Shown: piece by piece, positions 42,420 to 51,316 of the stretch
Layout of the letters: each line of letters starts with the position of its first letter
Position numbering within the stretch: position 1 is the stretch's first letter
DNA from: Parcubacteria group bacterium Gr01-1014_8
GTDB taxonomy: Bacteria > Patescibacteriota > Minisyncoccia > Phycocordibacterales > UBA2100
Assembly (NCBI GenBank): GCA_007376385.1
Contig: VMGC01000005.1
Span: 96,001-160,000, forward strand
Length of the DNA stretch: 64,000 nt
Direction: 5' to 3'
Made by a program: the position numbers and the translations under genes
Notes under the pieces: model-generated
The model's input: the letters and a program-made list of their open reading frames with translations, nothing else
Told to the model about the DNA's origin: nothing
Database searches by the model: none

Positions 42420-43049
42420 ATGTGTTTTTCCGCTGCAGCAAGTTTTGTCGCGGGAGGAGCCTTGAGTGCAGTCGGAGTCATTACCGTTTCGCAAGCAAAG
42501 ACAAAGAGGGAATTGCCGTTCGCAATGGTGCCGATTCTGTTCGGCGTTCAGCAACTGACAGAGGGATTTGTATGGTTTTCGCTCAGCTCCCACGCGGCGA
42601 CCCTCAATCTGGTCGCAACATATATCTTTTCATTGTTTGCCTTTGTGGTGTGGCCGATCTATGTGCCATTCGTTGTAGGATTGTTGGAGACAGTGCAGTG
42701 GCGGAAGAAAGCACTCTATATTTTTCAGGCTGCGGGTCTCGCTGTTGGAGTGTACCTGCTCTACTCGCATACGCTAAGTTATGTCACTTCGGAAATTGTA
42801 ACTAGGCATGTTGTCTACAATAATTCGCATTTTTACGGGCTTACGGTAATGCTGCTGTATTTTGGAGCGACGATCGTTAGCTGCCTTTTTTCAAGCAAGA
42901 GAGTGATCAATACGTTCGGGATCCTGACTTTTCTGTTCGCGATGATCGCATATTTGTTTTACACAAATGCCTTTGTGTCGGTCTGGTGCTTCTTCGCGGC
43001 GATATTAAGTGTGCTTGTATACGTGCATTTCGCGCACCGGGCGGCATAG
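42420..43049 (+). CDS. hypothetical six-TM membrane protein
   Basis: Start trimmed to MCFSAAASFVAGGAL. Hydropathy only. Confidence 0.5.
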   Translation: MCFSAAASFVAGGALSAVGVITVSQAKTKRELPFAMVPILFGVQQLTEGFVWFSLSSHAATLNLVATYIFSLFAFVVWPIYVPFVVGLLETVQWRKKALYIFQAAGLAVGVYLLYSHTLSYVTSEIVTRHVVYNNSHFYGLTVMLLYFGATIVSCLFSSKRVINTFGILTFLFAMIAYLFYTNAFVSVWCFFAAILSVLVYVHFAHRAA

Positions 43050-43123
43050 GGTGTCGGAATGGAGTGCTACGATTGAGGAGGTCGATGCATATTAACAGCC
43101 TCATTCATGGCAAAACTAAAACT

Positions 43124-43324
43124 ATGACTCAAAATCTCGGACGTCTTGATAGGATACTGCGTTTCGCGCTCGCATTCTGGTGGCTTGGTCCATGGGCGCC
43201 ATCGTACGGCATCCCCTTCGTTGACTGGGCAATTTTCCTTGTGGCGTGGATAGCGCTTATCGAGAGTTTCTCGGCGTGGTGTCTGTTGCATACGTGGTTT
43301 GGCATTGATAACAAGGATCAGTGA
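43124..43324 (+). CDS. small inner-membrane protein, DUF2892 (YgaP C-terminal-like)
   Basis: LGRLDRILRFALAFWWLG matches the DUF2892 G-x-x-DR-x-x-R core followed by two short TM helices. Confidence 0.5.
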   Translation: MTQNLGRLDRILRFALAFWWLGPWAPSYGIPFVDWAIFLVAWIALIESFSAWCLLHTWFGIDNKDQ

Positions 43325-43351
43325 GTTTTAACAGGTTAGAAAAAAGTTCCT

Positions 43352-43618
43352 GTGGAAAACACATCTCGTATTTCGGGAGTTGCTGCCGGGGCAGGGGTTG
43401 CAGCGGCACTTGTTGTTGCTTTCGTACTGTGTGCGATAGTGCAGGCCGTTGCACCGAGTATTCAGGCAACACATATGTGGGTAAGCCTTTTCACTTCGTC
43501 GCCGATCGGGTCCGCAGGTGCGTGGATAAGCGGTATCGCGAGCAGCGCTGTCGCGGGGTTTGTTTCTGGATGGATATTTGCGAGGGTTTATAATCTCATA
43601 TCTTCACGCAAGGCGTGA
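43352..43618 (+). CDS. small Ala/Gly-rich membrane protein
   Basis: 88 aa with two to three hydrophobic segments. 4-nt overlap with the downstream ATPase gene. Confidence 0.4.
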   Translation: MENTSRISGVAAGAGVAAALVVAFVLCAIVQAVAPSIQATHMWVSLFTSSPIGSAGAWISGIASSAVAGFVSGWIFARVYNLISSRKA

Positions 43619-44157
43619 ACGGGGCAATGCGGGCGAATACACAGTGGTACGTTGTCACCGGAGGTCCCAGCTCCGGCAAAACGACGACGGTAAATATATT
43701 GAAAGAGCGCGGATACAAGACGACCATTGAGCACGCGCGCCATTACATAGACACGAAGCGCGTCACAGGGAAGACCACGGATGAGATACGCGCGAATCAG
43801 GTAGCATTTCAACAAGGCGTTCTCGATATGCAAATACGAGAGGAGAAGGCCCTCTCAAGGGACGAGGTAGTTTTTCTTGACCGGGCAGTTCCCGATGCGC
43901 TCGCATATTACCGTTTTCAATCTCTGCCAGAAGATGAGAAGCTGCAAAACGCTCTCCGGAGTGCGTCGTATAAAAAGGTATTCATTCTGGATCCACTCCC
44001 GCTTGCTCCTGATTATGCCCGCACTGAAGATGAGACAGCGCAGAAACGATTACACGAGTTGCTCACCGAAGTATATGAGTCTCTCGGTTTTCCGGTTGTT
44101 CATGTTTCTGTTCTTCCACCGAAAGAGCGTGTGGATTTTATTTTGAAGAATCTATAG
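43615..44157 (+). CDS. P-loop NTPase (AAA_28/NadR-C-like small ATPase)
   Basis: Walker A VVTGGPSSGKTT and Walker B VVFLDR in a 180-aa protein. Confidence 0.65.
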   Translation: MNGAMRANTQWYVVTGGPSSGKTTTVNILKERGYKTTIEHARHYIDTKRVTGKTTDEIRANQVAFQQGVLDMQIREEKALSRDEVVFLDRAVPDALAYYRFQSLPEDEKLQNALRSASYKKVFILDPLPLAPDYARTEDETAQKRLHELLTEVYESLGFPVVHVSVLPPKERVDFILKNL

Positions 44158-44211
44158 CAAAAGTCCGTCCGCCAAATTGGCGAGCGGGCTTTGCAGTGAA
44201 GAGCTAAAATT

Positions 44212-44334
44212 CTATTTTTTCGATATCTGTTGCCACAACCAGATGCCAACGAGAACCAGGTCCACAAGCACTATGATCACAAAGAGAGAGCCAAAAATGC
44301 CTGCTCCGCCCATCATTCCGTATCCACCCATCAT
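44212..44334 (-). CDS. 40-aa Gly/Met-rich single-TM peptide (MMGGYGMMGGAGIFGSLFVIIVLVDLVLVGIWLWQQISKK)
   Basis: Translated by hand from the minus strand; it is below the ORF-track size cut-off. Similar MGG-repeat micro-proteins often precede metal-resistance genes, but that link is inference. Confidence 0.3.
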   Translation of the reverse strand: MMGGYGMMGGAGIFGSLFVIIVLVDLVLVGIWLWQQISKK

Positions 44335-44527
44335 ATGAGAAATAGTTTTACTGCTAGTAAGGCGACCTCCGGCTAGTATACCCCATGAGATGAATCATTC
44401 ATCGTAAATTGGAGACATAATTTTAGGGTAAAAAGTCCCATTTGATGTCTGAAACTGTACGTTTTTCTATCTCACGGGGTATACCCTGGTATCTTGCGTT
44501 CATTTTGTCTAGGTATAGAGTGGGGAT

Positions 44528-44905
44528 GTGGACATGCGAGCATATACACCTTTGTTTCTCGCTATCGTCGTTATGGCGGCGGTTTTCGGGATGCCATTAT
44601 TGCTCTCCGGCCCGATGCACCATGAAATGGGCTGTCCGTTTGATCAAGGAGAGGCAGCAATGTGCGCGATGAGCGTACTTGAACACATGAAGTATTGGCA
44701 GCTCGCGTTTGCAAGCATCGTTCTTGAATTGCTTGCAGTTGCTGCGCTGACGTTTATTGCATATGGAAAGTGGAAAGGCATTGCACCTCGAACGCCGGGC
44801 TTCGGGAGAATACTCGCACACAGTCATGTACCAGCGAGACCGACCTTGTTCCAGGAACTTTTTTCGCGAGGAATACTTAATCGTAAAGAATCCTACATTT
44901 TCTAG
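44528..44905 (+). CDS. hypothetical membrane protein with a Met/His/Cys-rich loop
   Basis: Two TM helices flanking GPMHHEMGCPFDQGEAAMCAMSVLEHM, a possible metal-binding loop. Confidence 0.45.
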   Translation: MDMRAYTPLFLAIVVMAAVFGMPLLLSGPMHHEMGCPFDQGEAAMCAMSVLEHMKYWQLAFASIVLELLAVAALTFIAYGKWKGIAPRTPGFGRILAHSHVPARPTLFQELFSRGILNRKESYIF

Positions 44906-45192
44906 TTTTTGCTTTAGCAGTTAACTAGAAAATGTATGGAACATACAAGCGCAATTTTTGTAACAGTACTTACGATCGGTCTCTTTGGGCTTATCATAGG
45001 TTTAGCTTCTGGCTACAACTTGGGTCTGCACAGGCTTGGCGCGCCGTCTATCGGCAACCACATCATGTCTAATGGTTACATCATGAAAGATGGTTCTATG
45101 GGCATGTAAAAGTGCGAGCCGCTTGCTTGGCATCCGCCAAGCAAGCGGCCTCCCGCACCTCTCAAACAATTAAACGGATAAATAGTACACTC

Positions 45193-45606
45193 ATGAAAAC
45201 AATACTTATCGGCGGCATCGTCATATTGCTTCTCATCGGCGGGGCATGGTGGACGAAGAGCCTTCAAAAGAGCGATCCGGATGTCGTATCAAGAAACGGC
45301 CTACACTGGCATCCGACGCTTGCCATATATGTGAAGGGTGAAAAACAGGACATACCGAAGGGTATAGGACTTGGGGCAACGCATCTTCCGATGCACACGC
45401 ACGATGACCTTCCTATTATTCACCTCGAATTCGGCAGCGTTGTCAGAAAGGAAGACTTGATGCTCGGACAATTCTTCAAGAATTGGGGAAAAGACATGCA
45501 CTCGTTCGGAACAAATGTACACATGACGGTCAACGGGGAAACGAATACTGAGTTCGAGAACTACAGCATGCACGATAAAGACGTAATAGAATTGCACTAT
45601 GACTAA
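45193..45606 (+). CDS. membrane-anchored periplasmic protein with His/Met-rich motifs
   Basis: N-terminal TM, then LHWHP...HLPMHTHDD...MHSFGTNVHMT. Overlaps the MCO start by 8 nt, so an operon is likely. Confidence 0.5.
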   Translation: MKTILIGGIVILLLIGGAWWTKSLQKSDPDVVSRNGLHWHPTLAIYVKGEKQDIPKGIGLGATHLPMHTHDDLPIIHLEFGSVVRKEDLMLGQFFKNWGKDMHSFGTNVHMTVNGETNTEFENYSMHDKDVIELHYD

Positions 45607-47140
45607 GGCACAACTATTCAGTATTTTTCTCGCCATAGCGGTTCTAGGGATCGCTATGTATACGACTCAAGGGTATCTCTGGCCCGCGTCTCCTGTTGTG
45701 GCGAGTCAGGTGGTAGAGCTTGCGGACGGCGCCACATACGAGCTCACTGCGAGCGCAGTTGAAAAGGAAATAGGCGGTAGGACGTATCGCATGCTCGCGT
45801 ACAACGGTTCCATACCCGGTCCGCTCATTAAAGTTGCACAAGGTTCAGAAGTGACCATTAACTTTACGAACGATACCGGCATGAAGACGCTGCTCCATTC
45901 GCACGGAGTCCGCATGGACAACGCGTTCGACGGCTCGCAGACATCGCAAAAAGAAATGGAGCCTGGCGAGACATTCTCGTATACGCTTACGTTTCCCGAT
46001 GCGGGCATGTACTGGTACCACCCGCATGTACGGGAGGATTATCAGCAGGAGCTTGGGCTCTATGGTAACTTCCTTGTCGTTTCAGTAGACGCGAACTATT
46101 GGTCGCCGGTAAACCGCGAAATACCGCTCTTCCTCGATGACCTTCTCATCGAAGGCGGGAATATCGAGTTAAGCACGCGCGGCGCAGATAGAACGCTCAT
46201 GGGCCGATTCGGCAACGTCATGTTGATAAACGGCGACGACAATTACACGCTTTTAGCTAAGAAAGGGGAAGTCATCCGATTCTACGTAACGAATTCAGCC
46301 AATGTACGACCGTTCAACTTTGCGATCGACGGCGCGCGGCTCAAGCTGGTTGGCGCGGACAACGGCGCGTACGAACACGATGCGTGGAAGGATTCGGTTC
46401 TTATCGGACCGTCGGAACGAGCGATAGTAGAAGTCTTGTTCGACAAAAGCGGTTCTTTCTCCCCGCAGAACCGAACGCCTAATAGAACGTACACATTGGG
46501 GCGCATAGATGTGTCAGCCGAAACCATTGGGGTCTCGTACGCTAATGAATTTGCAGAGTTGCGGACACACGAGGCGACGGTGCGAAGCATTGATGCGCTC
46601 CGTCCGTTATTCGCAAAGGTCCCGGACAAGCGCATTTCGCTTTCTATCGACATGATGGGGGGAATGATGGGTGGAGGCGGTCAGCACAGGATGTCGGACG
46701 GCTCGATGATGGACAACGGCATGACGATGGGAATTCCTGAAGGTGGCATAGAGTGGGAGGACGATATGCAGATGATGAATGCGATGTCGGATGCAGATTC
46801 AGCAAAATGGAAAATAGTCGACGAGGATACTCGAAAAGAGAATATGGATATTGATTGGTCGTTCAAGCACGGCGAGCCTGTGAAGATCCGCATATTCAAC
46901 GACCCGAGATCCATGCATCCCATGCAGCATCCGATACACTTTCACGGTCAGCGATTTCTCGTCGTGGCGCGTGACGGCGTCCCACAGACAAATCTCGTAT
47001 GGAAAGATACGGTACTCGTAAAAGCCGGTGAGACGGTTGATATTGTGCTCGACACATCAAATCCAGGGAAATGGATGGCCCACTGCCATATCGCGGAACA
47101 CCTTGAAGCGGGGATGATGTTCACCTTCAAGGTCGAATAG
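45599..47140 (+). CDS. multicopper oxidase (three-cupredoxin-domain, CueO/laccase-like)
   Basis: Copper ligand motifs HSHG, WYHPHV, HPIHFHG and C-terminal HCHIAEHLEAGMM (type-1 Cu Cys plus type-3 His). Met-rich insert (MMGGMMGGGG...MMDNGMTMG) as in CueO. Confidence 0.9.
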   Translation: MTKAQLFSIFLAIAVLGIAMYTTQGYLWPASPVVASQVVELADGATYELTASAVEKEIGGRTYRMLAYNGSIPGPLIKVAQGSEVTINFTNDTGMKTLLHSHGVRMDNAFDGSQTSQKEMEPGETFSYTLTFPDAGMYWYHPHVREDYQQELGLYGNFLVVSVDANYWSPVNREIPLFLDDLLIEGGNIELSTRGADRTLMGRFGNVMLINGDDNYTLLAKKGEVIRFYVTNSANVRPFNFAIDGARLKLVGADNGAYEHDAWKDSVLIGPSERAIVEVLFDKSGSFSPQNRTPNRTYTLGRIDVSAETIGVSYANEFAELRTHEATVRSIDALRPLFAKVPDKRISLSIDMMGGMMGGGGQHRMSDGSMMDNGMTMGIPEGGIEWEDDMQMMNAMSDADSAKWKIVDEDTRKENMDIDWSFKHGEPVKIRIFNDPRSMHPMQHPIHFHGQRFLVVARDGVPQTNLVWKDTVLVKAGETVDIVLDTSNPGKWMAHCHIAEHLEAGMMFTFKVE

Positions 47141-47190
47141 CCGGAGTGATGGTGTACTATTCAGAGACTAGCAGTAATGTATCAAGACAT

Positions 47191-47364
47191 ATGTCATGTA
47201 AAACATGCGGCGGCGCAACAGAAGGTTATAAGTGCGATGTCTGTGGCACCGAGGCGAAAGAGCACGATGACAAGCATTCGTGCGGAGGGCAGCACTGCAT
47301 GCAGAAGTGCGCGATGTGCAATGAGGCGGAAACGAAATGCAGCTGCAGTTCAGTCGAGAGGTAA
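47191..47364 (+). CDS. 57-aa Cys-rich metal-binding protein (metallothionein-like)
   Basis: MSCKTCGGATEGYKCDVCGTEAKEHDDKHSCGGQHCMQKCAMCNEAETKCSCSSVER has 10 Cys arranged as CxxC/CxC pairs. It lies immediately downstream of the MCO. Confidence 0.5.
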   Translation: MSCKTCGGATEGYKCDVCGTEAKEHDDKHSCGGQHCMQKCAMCNEAETKCSCSSVER

Positions 47365-47471
47365 CATGCTGCCTAGGCGCGAGACTGGCGCGGACAATGG
47401 GCGGGAGGGCAGATAGAGAAAAAAGGACGGCTCTGCCGTCCTTTTCTTGCGGCTTTCGAGCTGCTCAAAGC

Positions 47472-47711
47472 TCAAATTTTAATGAGACTCAATTTCTTTT
47501 TTCGGGACCATTGTTTTATCTCAAACTCGCGCTTAAGTGCTGAACTTCTATTCCTCTTTTTTTCCGAATACAATACTCTTACAACGCCTCTGCTTCGTGT
47601 GTAATTACCACCGAGTCCTTTCTGGTGTTCCTTGAAACGACGTCGTATATCCATCGTGATGCCCGTATATATAGAGCTATCTTTGCACTCTATGATGTAT
47701 ACCCAGTACAT
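47472..47711 (-). CDS. small GIY-YIG nuclease-domain protein
   Basis: MYWVYIIECKDSSIYTGITMDIRRRFKEH matches the GIY-x10-YIG motif plus the conserved Arg and Glu. Confidence 0.8.
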   Translation of the reverse strand: MYWVYIIECKDSSIYTGITMDIRRRFKEHQKGLGGNYTRSRGVVRVLYSEKKRNRSSALKREFEIKQWSRKKKLSLIKI

Positions 47712-47881
47712 TATGTCCGTCGCTTCTTGCGTGTCTCAATTTTACTTTCTATAAGTTTCGTCCAACCTAAGATCTCTATCGCGCTTAATACAGCCTCCTT
47801 TTCTTCTTCATTCAAGATATTTTTGTGCAGCAACACAGTCAAAATATCTATTGCTTTCTTGTCTTCCATAGGTTTCTTCAT
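47711..47881 (-). CDS. 56-aa small protein translationally coupled to the GIY-YIG gene
   Basis: Hand-translated: MKKPMEDKKAIDILTVLLHKNILNEEEKEAVLSAIEILGWTKLIESKIETRKKRRT. Its stop overlaps the GIY-YIG start (TAATG). Confidence 0.3.
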   Translation of the reverse strand: MKKPMEDKKAIDILTVLLHKNILNEEEKEAVLSAIEILGWTKLIESKIETRKKRRT

Positions 47882-47954
47882 AGTATCGCATTACAGCGTG
47901 GAAGATCTGTCTCTCTGCCGGGCAGATCCAGAGCGATCGATGAGAGGAAAATCG

Positions 47955-48332
47955 CTAAAGAGCTGGAGGCGGCAAAGTCTGTTTTCGCAGTTTCCACCAC
48001 CCGACGACAATCGGGAGGAAAAACGTGAGGGCGTAGTATAAATACACATCTAATTTGTAGTAGCCGTCCGCCGGTTGGAAGGCTTTGTACAGGAAGAAGT
48101 AATCGCAGACGATGGCGATCAGCACCCAGGCAGCGCCGACGAGTGCGTAGTATTGCACCGTACTCCCGTTAATTTTCTTCAAGAGCACCCACGTCGTGAT
48201 GACAATCCCGATTGGTGTGATGATCCATCCAATTGCCGCAGAGGACACAAGCGTAAACAGGATGATGCCAAGCGCATACCCGATAAGCCAGAGCAGGAGT
48301 CCCCACCCGATTGTGTCTTTCAGAAGCTGCAT
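47955..48332 (-). CDS. four-TM membrane protein, paralog of 55064..55444
   Basis: Shares ...IGWI(I/L)TPIGV(V/L)IT(T/L)WVL(L/F)KKI...FKPADGYYKLDVYLYYALT...VGWW/YK... with the second copy. Confidence 0.55.
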   Translation of the reverse strand: MQLLKDTIGWGLLLWLIGYALGIILFTLVSSAAIGWIITPIGIVITTWVLLKKINGSTVQYYALVGAAWVLIAIVCDYFFLYKAFQPADGYYKLDVYLYYALTFFLPIVVGWWKLRKQTLPPPAL

Positions 48333-48358
48333 GTTCACGCGTTGATTATATCTCATTT

Positions 48359-48904
48359 TTAAAACAGCCTTATTTTCGCGTACGAAGATCCGTCTCCTAT
48401 TCGTCCCTTGCCAATGTTTGTAAGACGTACCTGGCCTTGCGGATTAAATGCGCAAAATGTTGTCTTTCTCCCTTCCGGTCCGACAAGCATCCGGACGCGG
48501 CGTTCGTACAGCGGCAGCTTGTGAAGTTCCGCACGAAGGATGTCCATAGTATTCGTATCTCGTACTATCCATCCTACGTGCCAAGTATCGATATCGGGCT
48601 CCACTTCGAGTACCACATAATTTCTCCATCCGCCAATAAGCGGAATATGAAATAGGGGACCTGCACCGCTCTTTATTGATGATGCATCATCACCCTCGAT
48701 CACCACGCATTTTTTTAAGTCTATAGATGCTATTTCATCGTCATTGAATTTCTGAGCGTGCCATGCATGCGACTCTTGCGGCCGCTCGAATAGAGCCATC
48801 GACATAAGCCGCATGAATGGAGACATCGCGTAATCAATCAACTGCCACGACATGTGCAGGGACCTCGGCTTCATGGTTCTAGTGTAGCAAGTACCCAACT
48901 TCAA
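48359..48904 (-). CDS. hypothetical cytoplasmic protein
   Basis: 181-aa ORF with balanced composition. No family recognised. Confidence 0.45.
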   Translation of the reverse strand: MKLGTCYTRTMKPRSLHMSWQLIDYAMSPFMRLMSMALFERPQESHAWHAQKFNDDEIASIDLKKCVVIEGDDASSIKSGAGPLFHIPLIGGWRNYVVLEVEPDIDTWHVGWIVRDTNTMDILRAELHKLPLYERRVRMLVGPEGRKTTFCAFNPQGQVRLTNIGKGRIGDGSSYAKIRLF

Positions 48905-48917
48905 ATCATTCCCCCTG

Positions 48918-49616
48918 CTATGAAATCGCTGGTGGTGGCCACGTATGCGAGATCATCACAAGCGCCACATAAAACGTTAGGTGGATCATGTAGTTGTATA
49001 CGAAACCGCTCGGAACACGCAGGATCAAGTAGGGAAATATGAATGCGGAAGCAACGGCGCCGAGTGTCATGACCATCGTATATGGCGTGGGCGCGCCGCC
49101 GATTGCAAAGAGCAGAATGTGCACGCCGCCGAAACATACTGCGTATACAATGGATGTTTTTTTAACCGAACGAAATGTTGTAGCGAGTGCCAAGATGAGT
49201 GCAGCTATCAATACTTGCTGGATCAAAATATCAAGCGCTTTCGGGAGAAAGTACCACGGTGTTGCGAATATAATATCGGTATATTGCGCGATGCGAGGTA
49301 CCTGCGGAATCGGAAGCTGTGAAAGGACGAAGAGCATAAAGAAAATGAATGCGCCATACGCTCCACAGAGTAGTCCATATACCCAGACACGATTTTCGGT
49401 CGGGAGCCATTTGGAGAAAATATCCCAAAAAACATACACGCTGATCAAAAGCCACACCACATAGTAGAGCGTGATCGCAACCGGGGTATTGTTGTAACTG
49501 AGATCAACTCCGAGAATGGGGAGGAACGTGTAGAAGCCGATGTTTACGGCGGCCCATAACGCCGCTATCTTACCAAGCGTTTTGTAGAGGGGGACGCGTA
49601 AATGTTCGATGGCCAT
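48918..49616 (-). CDS. hypothetical seven-TM membrane protein
   Basis: Hydropathy. Its C-terminal ~75 aa are duplicated, inverted, at 49774..50004. Confidence 0.55.
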   Translation of the reverse strand: MAIEHLRVPLYKTLGKIAALWAAVNIGFYTFLPILGVDLSYNNTPVAITLYYVVWLLISVYVFWDIFSKWLPTENRVWVYGLLCGAYGAFIFFMLFVLSQLPIPQVPRIAQYTDIIFATPWYFLPKALDILIQQVLIAALILALATTFRSVKKTSIVYAVCFGGVHILLFAIGGAPTPYTMVMTLGAVASAFIFPYLILRVPSGFVYNYMIHLTFYVALVMISHTWPPPAIS

Positions 49617-49773
49617 GATTGTGCGAGTGCGCGTAATTGTACACGAATATGGCTACGAAGGTCGTAGCCACGCTGAATTGTATGTCGTTATTTTTTGATG
49701 AGCCCTAAGCACATCACCGAATATATGCGGTCGGATTTTCAAATGACCAGTTTCCTCCCTGGCATATGCCATC

Positions 49774-50004
49774 TTGGTGCTCTACCTTGAGTTCGGTGCC
49801 GCACATGTGCTTTTACTGCTGGCGGTGTCTCCGACTCAATATGCCGCAATCATGACAATCGGCGCGCTGGTCTCAACACTCATATTTCCGTACTTGATGT
49901 TGCGTATACGCGGAGGTTTTGTTATTTCGTATACCATCCATCTTGTCTTTTACATCATTTTGGCGACACTGTTGCACACGTGGCCGCCGGATCACACGGG
50001 ATAA
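49774..50004 (+). pseudogene. inverted partial duplicate (C-terminal fragment) of the 48918..49616 membrane protein
   Basis: MVLYLEFGAAHVLLLLAVSPTQYAAIMTIGALVSTLIFPYLMLRIRGGFVISYTIHLVFYIILATLLHTWPP aligns with VCFGGVHILLFAIGGAPTPYTMVMTLGAVASAFIFPYLILRVPSGFVYNYMIHLTFYVALVMISHTWPP. Confidence 0.45.
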
Positions 50005-50058
50005 AAACTTTCAGACGAACAGTCCCGAAATCTGCGCAGGACGTGGTGATGACCCCGC

Positions 50059-50475
50059 TTACTTTGTCTCTAGTCGGATGCTTGTTCCTGCTTTATTGGT
50101 GCGGTAAATATATGTTTCTCCTTTCGCGAGCATTTCGACGGTAAATCCTGGTACTAATGCCTGAAGGCAGCTCTCCGCTGGTCCACCAAGTCCGAGACAG
50201 CCGTCGGTCCACGTGGTCTCCGTTATCTGCATAATTACTATGCTTTTCTCCTCAACAGAAAGCTTTGAGGCAAGGTCTTTGCGAGCTACGGCTGCCGCGG
50301 GCTCTACGGGGAGGTCGTGAACTATGCTGCCTTGTTGAGGATTCTCGCCAGAGGTAACAGTCATCTGGTTCGTGACAGATGATTCTGTCGTTGGTTGATC
50401 CGCAAAAATCAAATACGCACCTGCTCCAAGAATTAGGACGCCAATAATTGCGAACAATGTTGTGTTGGTGTTCAT
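50059..50475 (-). CDS. secreted hypothetical protein
   Basis: Signal/TM segment (LFAIIGVLILGAGAYLIFA) then a soluble domain containing two Cys. Confidence 0.5.
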   Translation of the reverse strand: MNTNTTLFAIIGVLILGAGAYLIFADQPTTESSVTNQMTVTSGENPQQGSIVHDLPVEPAAAVARKDLASKLSVEEKSIVIMQITETTWTDGCLGLGGPAESCLQALVPGFTVEMLAKGETYIYRTNKAGTSIRLETK

Positions 50476-50617
50476 ATGAATAGTATAGACGATGATTCCA
50501 AAATAATCTTACGCACTAGCGTGATGCGATAATCGTACTCCGAACATCACAAAAAGACTGACTGTGTGGGTTGGCGTTGTCGCGCTCATACTGCTGGATC
50601 GTCACTTTATCTTGCGA

Positions 50618-50692
50618 GGATAGCGAGAGAAATGCGAGTGCTTGCACTCGCATTTCCGAGCGACGCAGCAAGCAAAGGTTTGAAACCTTTCA
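50618..50692 (-). repeat. Family C-prime dyad-symmetric repeat, copy 1 (overlaps the stop codon of 50690..51226)
   Basis: CTTGCGAGGATAGCGAGAGAAATGCGAGTGC-ttg-CACTCGCATTTCCGAGCGACGCAGCAAGCAAAGGTTTGAAACCTTTCA. Perfect 13-bp inner hairpin. Confidence 0.8.
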
Positions 50693-51226
50693 TAGTTCCA
50701 CCAAAACGCTCGTTTTTATGCTGCCGTCTTTTGAAGACTCGTCATAGCGCTCGATGCGGAATCCACCTTTCTGGATAAATGCGGCGAATCTGGTTCCAGT
50801 GAGTGCATCGTTGCAGTCCACTTTGCCGAGCATTATCTTGTGATCCTCGATCTCATTCATTTCTTTGCCGGTGCAGCCCATCGCGGTACCAAGATCGTAG
50901 CGCTTCGTTGTGCCGTCCAAAGTGGACACGTCGGCCGCAATCGTCTGTTCGTTGATGCGGTAATCGTCCTCACTCTTGATCTGGGGATTCGCCTTCTCGA
51001 TGCTCCAGGTTACTTTCATGACTGTCGTTGCGTCAAGATTCCACAGTGGGAGGAGTGAACCGCCGGTGAGGAAGAAGCCGAGGTCTCCGACTATGCGGAT
51101 TGGAGGCGGTGCATCCTCCGCCGGTTGGACAGCGTTGTAATGGATGACCGAGCCAATGTAGCGGACGCCAAGAAAGAGCCCGACGATAATAATAACGATT
51201 GAAAACATTGTTAGATATCGATTCAT
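50690..51226 (-). CDS. membrane-anchored hypothetical protein
   Basis: Start trimmed to MNRYLTMFSIVIIIVGLFLGV, because the ORF-track N-terminal extension is just the translated C-prime repeat. The soluble domain contains two Cys. Confidence 0.5.
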   Translation of the reverse strand: MNRYLTMFSIVIIIVGLFLGVRYIGSVIHYNAVQPAEDAPPPIRIVGDLGFFLTGGSLLPLWNLDATTVMKVTWSIEKANPQIKSEDDYRINEQTIAADVSTLDGTTKRYDLGTAMGCTGKEMNEIEDHKIMLGKVDCNDALTGTRFAAFIQKGGFRIERYDESSKDGSIKTSVLVEL

Positions 51227-51237
51227 ATACTTATTTT

Positions 51238-51316
51238 TTGTCTTGCGAGGATAGCGAGTGAAGCGAAAGCACGCTTTCGCTTTCGAGCGTCGCAGCAAGT
51301 AAAGGTTTACCTTTCA
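51238..51316 (-). repeat. Family C-prime dyad-symmetric repeat, copy 2 (overlaps the stop codon of the XRE HTH gene)
   Basis: CTTGCGAGGATAGCGAGTGAAGCGAAAGC-acg-CTTTCGCTTTCGAGCGTCGCAGCAAGTAAAGGTTTACCTTTCA. Confidence 0.8.
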
